Shown here: one piece after another, positions 53,013 to 63,515 of the stretch | How positions within the stretch are numbered: position 1 is the first letter of the stretch | How the letters are laid out: the number at the start of each line of letters is the position of its first letter | From: an uncultured Planctomycetota bacterium | GTDB lineage: Bacteria > Planctomycetota > Planctomycetia > Isosphaerales > Isosphaeraceae | DNA length: 64,000 nucleotides | Assembly: GCA_963737655.1 (NCBI GenBank) | Contig: CAVTTN010000002.1 | Coordinates: 7,072,001-7,136,000 of the forward strand | Direction of reading: 5' to 3' | Notes under the pieces: generated by a model | Told to the model about the DNA's origin: nothing | Databases searched by the model: none | The model's input: only the letters and a program-made list of their open reading frames with translations | Made by a program: the position numbers and the translations under genes

Positions 53013-54404
53013 GTGTCCCGTATCGAGGAATACGACCTGGTGGTGCTTGGCAGTGGACGGGGTAGGTTTTTCGCCTGGTCACTGGCATCGAAGGGTAAGT
53101 TGACGGCGGTCGTTGAGCGGAAGTATGTCACGGGTTCATGCCCGAGCATCGCGTGCCTCCCGAGCAAATACCTGATCCACGGCGCGAAGGTGGCCAGTTA
53201 TTTCCGCAGGGCATCCGAATTCGGGATCGCGTCCGGCGAATGGAAAGTCGATATGCACGCCGTTCGCGATGGCAAGCGGAAGGTGGTCGATGGGATGGTC
53301 GCCCTGAATCATGAGAGATATCGAGAGAATGGTGCCGAGTTCGTCATGGGCCAGGGCCGTTTCATCGGGCCGAAGACGATCGAAGTCGCGACCACCGACG
53401 GCGGGACTCGCACCCTTCGCGGTGACATCGTCGTGATCAACACGGGCTCCCGCTCGCGAATCGACCCAATCCCCGGCCTCGCCGATGCGCGACCGATGAC
53501 GCACATCGAGGTCCTCGAGCTGGATCGCGTCCCGGAACGCCTCGTCGTCCTGGGGGGCGGATACATCGGGCTCGAGCTGGCCCAGGCAATGCGACGCTTC
53601 GGCAGCCGCGTTACGATGATCGAGCGGAACGACGCCCTGGCCCACCGCGAAGACCCCGACGTCTCGGAGGCCCTGAAGGAACTCTTGGGCGACGAGGGGA
53701 TCGAGGTCTTCACCGGCACGCGCGTCGAGCGTGTCGAGGGGCGTTCCGGCGAGTCCGTGAGGCTGCATGCGACGGGCAACGTGGGGGAGTTTGTCATCGA
53801 GGGCTCGGACATCCTCGTCACGAGCGGACGGACGCCGAACACCGACGGCATCGGCCTTGAGGCGGCCGGGGTCGAGAGGGACGACCGGGGTTTCGTCAAG
53901 GTCGACGAGCGCTGCCGGACGACGGCGCCCGGCGTGTGGGCGGTGGGCGATTGCGCCGGCAGCCCCCATTTCACGCACATCGCTGACGACGACGTCCGCG
54001 TGGTCCGGGACAACCTCGCTGGCATCGACCGAACGAAGGCGAATCGTCTCGTGCCTTTCTGCCTGTTCACCGACCCTGAATTGGCCCGGGTCGGCCTAAA
54101 CGAGTCGGAGGCGAAAAGTCGCGGGGTAGCCTACCGGCTCGCGAAGATCCCCGTGACCTCGATCCTCCGGTCGCGGACCCTGTCGGAGACTCGCGGCTTC
54201 TATAAAGCGTTGATCGCCGCCGACAGCGACCACATCCTCGGATTCACCGCGTTTGCCACCGAGGCCGACGCGGTAATGACGATCGTCCAGGTCGCGATGG
54301 GCGCCAACCTTCCCTTCACGTCCCTGAGGGACGCTATCATGACCCACCCAACGATGGCGGAAGGACTCGCCGCGCTCTTTCGGTCGGTACCCACCCAGTC
54401 CTGA
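53013..54404 (+). CDS. Class I pyridine nucleotide-disulfide oxidoreductase (RclA / MerA-like, lacking the MerA C-terminal Cys pair)
   Basis: GSCPSIACLPSK redox disulfide, GGGYIGLE, WAVGD and HPTMAEG; GTG start after GGGAGG. Confidence 0.88.
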   Translation: MSRIEEYDLVVLGSGRGRFFAWSLASKGKLTAVVERKYVTGSCPSIACLPSKYLIHGAKVASYFRRASEFGIASGEWKVDMHAVRDGKRKVVDGMVALNHERYRENGAEFVMGQGRFIGPKTIEVATTDGGTRTLRGDIVVINTGSRSRIDPIPGLADARPMTHIEVLELDRVPERLVVLGGGYIGLELAQAMRRFGSRVTMIERNDALAHREDPDVSEALKELLGDEGIEVFTGTRVERVEGRSGESVRLHATGNVGEFVIEGSDILVTSGRTPNTDGIGLEAAGVERDDRGFVKVDERCRTTAPGVWAVGDCAGSPHFTHIADDDVRVVRDNLAGIDRTKANRLVPFCLFTDPELARVGLNESEAKSRGVAYRLAKIPVTSILRSRTLSETRGFYKALIAADSDHILGFTAFATEADAVMTIVQVAMGANLPFTSLRDAIMTHPTMAEGLAALFRSVPTQS

Positions 54405-55137
54405 TGCCGGCTTTCTCCACGTAGGCGATCAGTGATCGCGCCGCGTCGAGCAGCAGCTTGCGTCGGCCTTGCAGCGTGTCGGCCGGGATCGCTTCGAGCA
54501 GATCGATGGCCTGCCGCTGGGCCTCAGACGGCGTGGAATTCTTGCTGAAGGCGGGGGCCTTGGGCTTTGTGGGCGCCAATTCAGTACCGGGAGGGGCGGG
54601 GTCCATGAAAGGTCCATTGGTGGTCGGGAGCAGGGAACTTGAAGCGGAATCAGTTCTCATCAGCTTGACGCAGCGCGTCGGTGTGGTCGACCGGATGGGG
54701 CCGGCTGGCCATGCCAGTGACCCCGGGACCGCTCCCACCAGGCGCGGTCGCACCGGCGGGCAAGGCCGTCAGTGCCGGGCCGGGCACGTCGGGTCCGACG
54801 GGGCCTGGGGGCCCCAGCCCCTTTGGCCCATCGACCGGGAGGGACCTCCCCCGGCGGGTCCTGCGCCCGTCTCCCGCTCCGGGCGGCGGACGCGACTGGC
54901 GCACCCACTGGGCCGGCCTGGCCCAGGGGTCCACCTCGCCGCTGGGCGGACCGATCGCCCCGGGCGGGGGCTGTCGCGGCGAGGCCGGCCGGGGCCGCCG
55001 GACATCCTGACCGAGCCCACCGTTCATGGCCCACCGCCGCGAGGCCCGGCCGGGGGCCGTTCCGGCGGGCCGGAGTCCGATCACCCCGCCCGGCGATCGG
55101 GCCGTCCCCGGGTCGTCGCGCAGGGACCCTCGTGAGA

Positions 55138-55304
55138 GTGGACGCGGCGTCCACGGCCGGACATCTCCCTTCCGGCCGACCGCTCCCGGTCGAAGATCGG
55201 GAACCGTCTCCCCGTCTGGTGCCGTCGAGGCTCGCCGCCGGGGATCGGGGCTGGGAGCGGCCTCGAGCCTCGGCTCCCCTGGTGGCGGTGGAAGCCGCGT
55301 CCAC
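55138..55304. repeat. Third pair of GTGGA(C/A)GCNGCGTCCAC palindromes
   Basis: Copies at 55138-55154 and 55288-55304. Confidence 0.7.
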
Positions 55305-55866
55305 GCCCGACGGGCCACCTCCCGGCGAACCGGCCCGGGCCCGGGGGCCGGATGTCCCGGCCGCCTCATGGCGAGATCGCGCCGGCGCGGAGGCGGACCG
55401 GGCGCCGGCTCGACGGCCGTCGGCCTTCCCAGGGGATGCGCGACCGGGTCGCGTCCCGCCCGGCCGCCGCCCCGGCGGGGCGACCGGCGGGGCCGGGCCC
55501 GCTTCCCGTCGAGGCGCCGGCGCAAGGCCCCCGACGACCGGGCGTCACCGGCATGGCCCGCGCCGCCTCGCCGGCCGGCCCTCCCCGCACGTCGAGGGAC
55601 CTCTCCCGCACCGAGCCGCGGCCATGATCGGCCATCGGCCCTCCCCCGGGCCGGGGATCGGATGCCCGGCCCCTGTTCGTCAGCGGGCGGGGCCGGTGTA
55701 CACCGCCAGCTCGCCGCCGGCCTCGTCGCCCCGGGCCGAGACCTCGGGCGGTAGCGGGGCCACGCGCATGGCCTGATCGCGCGACTCATCCGATCGAGGT
55801 GAGTTCGTTAGCCCACGCCTGCCGGCGAGAAAAAACTCTGGGAATTTCCCTCCGGCCGATCCGGTA

Positions 55867-56103
55867 GTCGTGGACGCGGCGTCCACGACGCGTCCTGACG
55901 TCCTCCGTATCCGACGCTCGGTCGGCCTCAGGCACTCCGGCCCAGAAGGTCGGACAGGGACCTCCGGGCTCGGCGTCCGTCGGGTGGAGGGACGTCCCTT
56001 TGAACCCCGCCTCAGGAGGACTCGGTCGGGATGGGTGGACGCCGCGTCCACCCCGCCGCGTCCCGGGCCTCGGTCGGGTCGTAGGAGGCCCGGCCCATCG
56101 ATC
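55867..56103 (+). repeat. ~230-bp repeat, copy 2
   Basis: Direct imperfect repeat of 42704-42935; palindromes at 55870 and 56035. Confidence 0.8.
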
Positions 56104-56295
56104 CCCGTGCTCCACCCGCAGGCTTCAATCGTTCCCCGTGGGGGCATGAGGGGCGGTCCGCCCGACATTGGCGGTGTGGCGCCCGGATGGCCCTCGGCGC
56201 CCGAGGATCGCTGCTACCGCTGGCCGGTCGAATCTGCTTTGATGGGGGCGGAGCCTCGCGATGGTGCGTTTCGCGGTCCCCGGGAACGATCTTCG

Positions 56296-59200
56296 ATGAG
56301 CGACCTCACGCCCAACCTGGACGAGACCACGCCCCCCGGGACGGCGCCGAGCACCTGGGCCGTCGTCGCCCCCTCCGGGACGACCGCCCCCGCCGTCCGC
56401 CTCCCCGACGACTCGCCGGAGGCCGCCGCCGGTCCTCCCGGCCCGACCGCCTCGGCGGGCCGCTACGAGATCCTCGACGAGATCGCCCGGGGCGGCATGG
56501 GCGCCGTCCTCCGGGGCCGCGACCCCGAGCTCAACCGCGACCTGGCCATCAAGGTCCTTTTGGAGCGATTTCGCGACAATCCCGAGGTCCTCCGCCGCTT
56601 CTTCGAGGAGGCCCAGATCGGCGGCCAGCTCCAGCACCCGGGCATCGTCCCGATCTACGACCTCGGCGTGTTTCCCGACGACCGCCCGTTCTTCGCCATG
56701 AAGCTGGTGAAGGGGCGGACGCTCTCGGCGCTGCTCAAGGAGCGGTCCTCGCCGGCCGACGACCTCCCCCGGTTCGTGGGGATCTTCCACCAGATCGCGC
56801 AGACGGTCGCCTACGCCCACTCGAAGCGGGTGATCCACCGCGACCTGAAGCCGCCGAACGTGATGGTGGGGGCCTTCGGCGAGGTCCAGGTCATGGATTG
56901 GGGCCTGGCCAAGGTGCTTGGGGACGGAGAGTCCTCGGACAGCGCCCCGACCGAATCCGAGACCGTGGTGAGCCTGGTTCAAACGGCCCGATCCGGCGCG
57001 GAAAGCGAGGCCACCTCGGCCGGGTCGAAGATGGGGACGCCCGCCTACATGGCCCCGGAGCAGGCCCGGGGCGAGGTCGATCGGACCGACGAGCGGGCCG
57101 ACGTCTTCGGCCTCGGCGCGATCCTCTGCGAGGTCCTGACCGGCTCGCCCGCCTACACCGGCCGGAACGGGGCCGAGGTGATGCGCAAGGCCGAGTTCGC
57201 CGACATCTCCGACGCCCTCGCCCGCCTCGACGCCTGCAAGGCCGACCCGGAGCTCGTCGCCCTCGCCAGGAGATGCCTGGCCCGGGAGCCGGAGGACCGC
57301 CCGCGGGACGCCTCGGGGGTGGCCTCGGCCGTGGCGGGGCACCTGGCGGGCGTCCAGGACCGGCTCCGCAAGGCCGAGATCGCGAGGGCCGAGGCCGCCG
57401 CGAGGGCCGAGGCGGAGCGATCGAAACGGAAGCTGACGGCGGCCCTGGCGGCGGCGGTCCTCCTGGCCGGGGCGGTCGGCGGAGGCTCGTTCCTGGCCTT
57501 CCGGCTCGACCGTCAAGCGAAGCTCGCCGAGGCCGACCGGATCATCGGCGACGCCCTGGCCCGGGCCGAATCCGCGAGGGACGAGGCCCGCCGGTCGGGT
57601 CCCGAGGACACCAACGCCTGGCCCCGCGCCCTGAGGGCCGCCGAGGGCGCCGACGAGGCCATGACCGGCCGTCCGGTGCGGGCCGAGCTGGCCTCCCGGG
57701 TCGCCGCGACCCTGGCCGAAGCCCGAAGGGCCGACGCCGACCGTCGCCTGGCCGACCGCCTGGACGAGGCCCGCCTGCGGGCGCCGCCGTCAAGGACGGC
57801 TACTATGATGACGACGGGAAGCTCGCCGGCTATCACGCCGCGTTCCGCGAGGCCGGCCTGGAGCCGGGCAAGCGTCCGGCGGCGGAGATCATCGCTCGCC
57901 TCTCCGGCTCGTCGGAGGCCCCGCGGATCGCCGGGGCCCTGGACGACTGGAGCCGAAACAAGACGGCCGCGCCGATCAAGACCGATCTGATCGCTGTGGC
58001 CGAGGGGATCGACCCGGCGAACAACCCCATCCGGCAGGCGATCCGCTCGCGAGACCGGGCGACGCTCGCGCGGTTGACAGCCGACGACGCGGCCCGCCGC
58101 CTCTCGCCGGCCGCGGCCATGGTCGTCGCCAAGGCCCTGATCGCCCTGGGGATGCATGACGAGGCGATCGGCGTGCTCTCCGCCGCTCGGGCGCGACGGC
58201 CCGGCGACTTCTGGCTGAACCAGGATCTCGGGATGGTCCTTCTCGAAGCGCTCCCTCGCGGCCCGAGGAGGCGGCCCGTTTCCTGACGGCCGCCGCGGCG
58301 TTGCGACCGGAGAGCCCCGGCGTCCACCTGAACCTCGGTACGCGCCCTGTCCCATTCGGGTCGCCTGGCGGAGGCAGAGAGGGAATTGCGCGAGGCCATC
58401 GCACTCGACCCAAAGTACGCCATGGCGCACGCCAACCTCGGCATCCTCCTGGACGGTTCGGGCCGTGAGGCGGAGGAGGAGAAGGAGTACCGCGAGGCCA
58501 TCGCACTCGACCCGAAGGACGCCAGTGCGCACGCCAACCTCGGCATCCTCCTGGACGGTTCGGGCCGTGAGGCGGAGGCCGAGAAGGAGTACCGCGAGGC
58601 CATCGCACTCGACCCGAAGCACGCCAAGGTGCACGTCAGCCTCGGCATCCTCCTGTCCCGTTCGGGCCGCAAGGCGGAGGCGGAGAAGGAGGACCGCGAG
58701 GCCATCGCACTCGACCCGAAGGACGCCATGGCGCATTCCAACCTCGGCGTCCTCCTGGACGGTTCGGGCCGTGAGGCGGAGGCCGAGAAGGAGTACCGCG
58801 AGGCCATCGCACTCGACCCGAAGCTCGCCAAGGCCCATTTCAACCTCGGCCGCCTCCTGTCCGGTTCGGGCCGCAAGGCGGAGGCGGAGAAGGAGTTCCG
58901 CGAGGGCATCGCACTCGACCCGAAGGACGCCAGTGCGCACGCCAGCCTCGGCGTCCTCCTGTCCGGTTCGGGCCGCAAGGCGGAGGCGGAGAAGGAGTAC
59001 CGCGAGGCCATCGCACTCGACCCGAAGCTCGCCGGGGCCCATTTCAACCTCGGCCGCCTTCTGTCCGATTCGGGCCGCAAGGCGGAGGCGGAGAAGGAGT
59101 ACCGCGAGGCCATCGCACTCGACCCGAAGCTCGCCCCGGCGCACTACAACCTCGGCCTCCTCCTGTCCGGTTCGGGCCGCAAGGCGGAGGCGGAGAAGGA

Positions 59201-59900
59201 GTACCGCGAGGCCATCGCACTCGACCCGAAGGACGCCGAGGCACACTGCAACCTCGGGCATGTCCTGCGCCGCCTGGGCCGATTCCGCGAGGCCCTGGTG
59301 GAGCTGAGGCGAGGCCATGAGCTGGGCTCGGCCCGGCCGAATTGGCGTTATCGTTCGGACGAGTGGGTCGCGGAGTGCGCCACCTTGCTGGCGATGGAGG
59401 GCCGGCTCCCGGCCTTGCTCCGGGGTGACGAGGCCCCGAGGGACTCCGCGGAGCGAATGGCCCTCGGCGGGTTCTGCTACGACACCAAGCGGTTCGCCGC
59501 CTCGGCCCGACTCTGGGGCGAGGCGTTGGAGCGAGACCCCAAGCTCGGCGACGACCGTAAGGCCCAGCTCCGCTACAACGCGGCGTGCTCGGCATCGCTG
59601 GCGGCCTCGGGGGCGGGGATCGATGATCCGAAGCCCGACGAGGCGGCGCGAACCGCGCTGAGGGGCCGGGCCCTGGGCTGGCTCCGCGAGGAAATGAAGG
59701 CGTGGGAGGCTTTGGCCCGCTCGGCCGAGAAGAAAGACCGGGAGACCGCCGCTCAAACGCTCGGCCGCTGGAAGGGGGACGCCGACCTCGCCAGCGTCCG
59801 CGACCCCGACGCCCTGGCGAAGCTCCCGGAGGCCGAGCGGACGTCGTGGGAAGGGCTCTGGGCCGATGTGGATCGCCTCCTGGAGAAGGCCCGGCCCTGA
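56296..59900 (+). CDS. Ser/Thr kinase with a TM segment and a highly conserved TPR array; several apparent indels (~57780, ~58260-58340)
   Basis: IARGGMGAV, HRDLKPPN, DWGLAK and GTPAYMAPE; continues through ORFs 56187-58286 (distal part) and 58386-59900. Confidence 0.85.
58389..59260 (+). repeat. Nine tandem 102-bp TPR-coding repeats
   Basis: CGCGAGG(C/G)CATCGCACTCGACCC recurs at 58389, 58491, 58593, 58695, 58797, 58899, 59001, 59103 and 59205. Confidence 0.95.
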
Positions 59901-60315
59901 TCGCCCCGGCCCGGGGGGATCGCCGAGGGTCCCTCGCACGGTCCTGGTCGTCGGGGATCGGGAGAGTGCCCGGTGCCGAGGGCCGCATCGAGCGTCCCTC
60001 AGGGTGCGGTTCGATCCGTGGAGTGGCCGGGCGACGCCACGCCTCACGATCGCGACGCCCGGACCATCGCCATGATCCCGGCCCGGATCGCCTCGGGAAG
60101 CGTCGGCCAGGCGTCCACCACCGCGGCCAGATCGGCCGGGAAAGCCCCGGTTGGCGCTTCGGGGCGGGTCGCATTCTGGGTCGCAGTCGGGGGACACTTC
60201 CCGGCGGAGCCTGACGGCTTCCGGCGGGATCGGGGGTCGATGGGGATGGTTGCCGACCGACCGCAAACGCCTTCCCTGACGGCATTTGGCGTCGTCTGTC
60301 GGCTTGTGTCGGCAA

Positions 60316-60357
60316 TAGAGGGGACCGGACTCGAACCGGTGAACTGCGGATTCTGAG
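60316..60357 (-). other. Degenerate tRNA 3' half (probably Met/Ile2-like); att scar
   Basis: The minus strand reads CTCAGAA-TCCGC-AGTTC-ACCGG-TTCGAGT-CCGGT-CCCCTCT-A with canonical spacing; 5' half absent. Confidence 0.65.
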
Positions 60358-60573
60358 GCGACCTACGGGGCCGGGGGAAAGCCGATAAAAGTCCCAGCCC
60401 GGCCTCATTTTACGCCCGGGACGAATTCTTGCAAGCCCTCGCCTACCGGCGTAAGAAGACGCGGGAAATCGCGGTGTTCCGGAGCGATCGCCGGTAAGAG
60501 TCGGTACTGGAAGCGGCTTCCATGGGGTGGGGGGCCGATGGGCGAGGGTGCGGTCTCGACCCGGGCCGAAGGC

Positions 60574-63515
60574 TTACCCGCGATGGACCTCGACATCCTC
60601 GGAGAGCCCCAGCTCGCGGAGGGCGGCCCTGGTCGCCTCGATCCTGGCCTCGTTCGCGGCGTCGGACGACACCACCTCGAACCGGACCTCCAGCTTCAGG
60701 CCGGGCGTGGTGGCCAGGGAGGACAGCACCTTCATGTAGAAGTTCATCCACTTCTGGGGCGTGATGGCACCCGTCCAACCGAACCCCTGGATGATCTTCT
60801 TCCGCCCTCCGCCTCCTCCTCCGCCTCCGCCTCCGTCGTCCGCGACGACCCGGACCTCGGCCGATCCCTCGACGGCACCGGACCGGGCGTGGACCCGGTG
60901 GGTCCCGGCCGAGTCCGCGACGAACCGGCCTTGCGGGTCGATCGAGCCGCCGGTGGACGACCAGGAAACCTCCGGGGTCGCCATCTCGCGCCCGTGCTGG
61001 TCGTAGCCGTTCGCGGTGAGGAGGGTCGAGACGCCGGGTCGGGCCGTCGCGCCGGCGGGCCGGACTTCCATCCTGCTCAGGCGGGGCGGCTCGATCAGTA
61101 GCCTGGCGTCCTCGGCGCGGAGGATCACCATCTCGTCGGAGAGCTCGACGTCCGACTCGACCAGGCCGGAGTCGGGCTCGAAGTGGAACGGCTCGTAGCG
61201 GTCGCCGCCGACCTTGCCGGCGTAGGCGATGAGCTTCTGGTTCACGCCGTCGGCGATCGTCCGGCGGACGGCGTTGGGGTTCAGCAGCCGGGGCAGCGAG
61301 GGGGACGCGAAGAAGGCGTCTCGCACCGCCCGGGTCGTCCACTCCCGGTTCGCCGGGGGCCACGCCTTGATCAGCTTGCTCGCCCCGACCCCTTCGGTGA
61401 TCTCGTCCCGCTCGCGGAGCCGGTTCACGTAGAGGTCGGCCAGCGACTCCGCCGCGCTGGAGTTGATCAGCCCCAGGTCGATGTGCTGGAGGGCGTTGTC
61501 GCGCCCCAGGAGGCCGAGGTGCTTGTACGTCCGCCAGACCGACTCCTTCAGGTCGCGGGCCGCCTTCTTCACGCCCTCGTCGAGTTGCCGACGCTGCGCC
61601 TCGTCGAGCCGCTTGACCGTCGAGTCGTCGTCCCGGATGTTCTCCCAGGCGAGCAGCTTCCTCGCCTCGTCGCGGAGGGACGCGTCGTTCTCGGCGACCG
61701 CGAAGATCAGGGCGCTCTTGAACGTCCGGCCCGACTGGCCGTTCTCGCGGACGATCTGGTCCAGGAGTTTGCGGGTGCCGGGATCGCTGTGCGCCAGCTC
61801 GGGCGGCATGACCACCAGCGTCAGCGCCGGGCGGTCGGCGACCTTGCCGGTGCCGTCCGGGAACGGCGCCCAATCGAGCCCGGCGGGACGCTTCTTGAAC
61901 GCCTCCTGGATCACCTGCCTGACCCGCTCGTCGATGTCCCGGGGCGAGACGCCCGAGCGGCGGTCGGTCAGCAGCTTGTTCAGGTTCGGGCTCATGCGGA
62001 ACCGATAGCGGTTGTAATCCGCCGACAGGTAGTAGCAGCCATGGCCCAGGGCCTCCAGCGCCGATTCGACGTTGGCGATGTCGAGGTCGGGCTCGGCGAC
62101 GGCCAGGCGGACCTTGGGGACGGTCGCCTCGGCCCGGGTCGTCCCGCCGTTGGATTCGAAGAAGATCGTCGTGGCGACCTTCTGGTGCAGCCTCGACTTC
62201 CTCACCGCGTCGTCGGCCTCGCGGTCGAGCCGCAGGGCGTGCGATTCCTTCTTCCCCGCGATGTCGGTCGTCACCGGGCCTTCGAGGTCGTCATTGCCCA
62301 ATTGCTTGAAGAGGGCGGCGCGGAAGTAGGGGTCGTCTACAGGCGCGGTCCCGAGCCCGATCAGGGGGTCGCGGTGGGCGCCCTCGAAGCCTCGCTTGTA
62401 AGCCTGGGAGACCCAAAGGGCGAGCAACCGGAGTATGCCTCGCGTCTTCTGGAACGCCTGGACGCTCTGCCACTTTCGTTCGAAGACCGAGATTAACGCC
62501 GGGTGGAAGGGGTATGTCGCCTGGAATCGCTCCCGGGCGTCCTCGGCGTCGAAGTCGCCGATCAACTGCTTGTGGTCCTGGACCCATTCGGCGAAGGCGG
62601 CGGCGGTCTTCTTCGCCTCGTCGGGCAGGCCCGACCAGTCGAAGAGGCGGCGGCGGATGATCTCGGAGTGGTCGGTCTCCCCCGACATGATCACCGCCTT
62701 GCCCAGCCGGTCGAGCAGCTTCTTGATCGAGTCGTGGTCCCGCTGGTCCTCCGGCGTTATCTCCAGATCGGAGGCGGGGATCGAGACGCACAGGACGAGG
62801 TCGTTCCGGCCGCGGGCTTCCTCGGAGAGGTTGTGGAGGAAGTGGTGGAACTGGGCGCCGAGGTTCTTCGGCTGGTTGCGGCAGTGGCTGATGTAATTGA
62901 TCAACTCGTCCATCAGGATGAGGGTTGGCCCGTCGGAGAGGAACGACCGGATCACGTCGCCGCCCGGCGCGACGCCCTCCGCGTCGTGGCGGGCGACGGC
63001 CGCGAATGCCGTTTCGCCCCCGAGCTGCCAGGCGATCTCGCCCCAGGGCGTCTTGCGGACCGGCTCCCCGTCGCGCCCCGGCCCGTCAGGGAGTCGAACG
63101 CGGTGCCGACGAAGACCGCCGTCGCGGCCCTGGGCACCTGTTTGACCTCGGCCTGGTCGAGGATCGCGTCGACGCCCTGCCAGTCGTGCGCCGCCGGTCC
63201 GCCTCGGGCCAGGTGGTAGAGCAGGGTCAGCGAGTGCGTCTTCCCGCCGCCGAACTGCGTGGCCATGTTGAAGACGGCCGAGGTCTCCACGGCGATCCCC
63301 GAGAGCCGACGGACCGCCTGGGCGGCCAGGTCCTTGAGGTTCTTCGTCAGGTACGTCCGCTCGAAGAAGCGGGCCGGCTCCTGATAGTCCCGGGGGGCGC
63401 GGTTCTCGCGGACGTGGTCCAGGTGGACGGCGAACTCCGAGGCGTCCATCGGACGCCCCTCGCGGAGGTCTTCGCGGGGCTGGATGACGTGGAACCAGGG
63501 CTTGAGCTTGGCCAT
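60574..63515 (-). CDS. DUF499-family AAA+ ATPase, frameshift at ~63085; C-terminal Ig-like domain and poly-Gly linker
   Basis: LKPWFHVIQPREDL, FGGGKTHSL (Walker A), LILMDEL, EIIRRRLF, YPFHP and FQKTRGILR. Confidence 0.85.

Noticed and set aside
52125..54404. 759-aa transposase-oxidoreductase fusion ORF
   Set aside because: The reductase has its own RBS and GTG at 53013. With one more A in the A6 slip site, orfA would end at 52627 and orfB would be in the usual -1 frame, so the read-through is probably an artefact.
53013..54404. merA (mercuric reductase)
   Set aside because: No C-terminal Cys-Cys, no N-terminal metal-binding domain and no mer genes nearby.
54337..54753. Minus-strand ORF after the reductase
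   Set aside because: It overlaps the reductase end and has no clear start or family; at most a gene fragment.
58389..59260. CRISPR array or DGR template/variable repeats
   Set aside because: The repeats are in-frame 102-bp coding units with no unique spacers. There are no cas or reverse-transcriptase genes, and the TolC duplicates show no adenine-specific differences.
17957..60357. Intact tRNA genes
   Set aside because: All three tRNA-like segments lack the D-arm and 5' acceptor strand.
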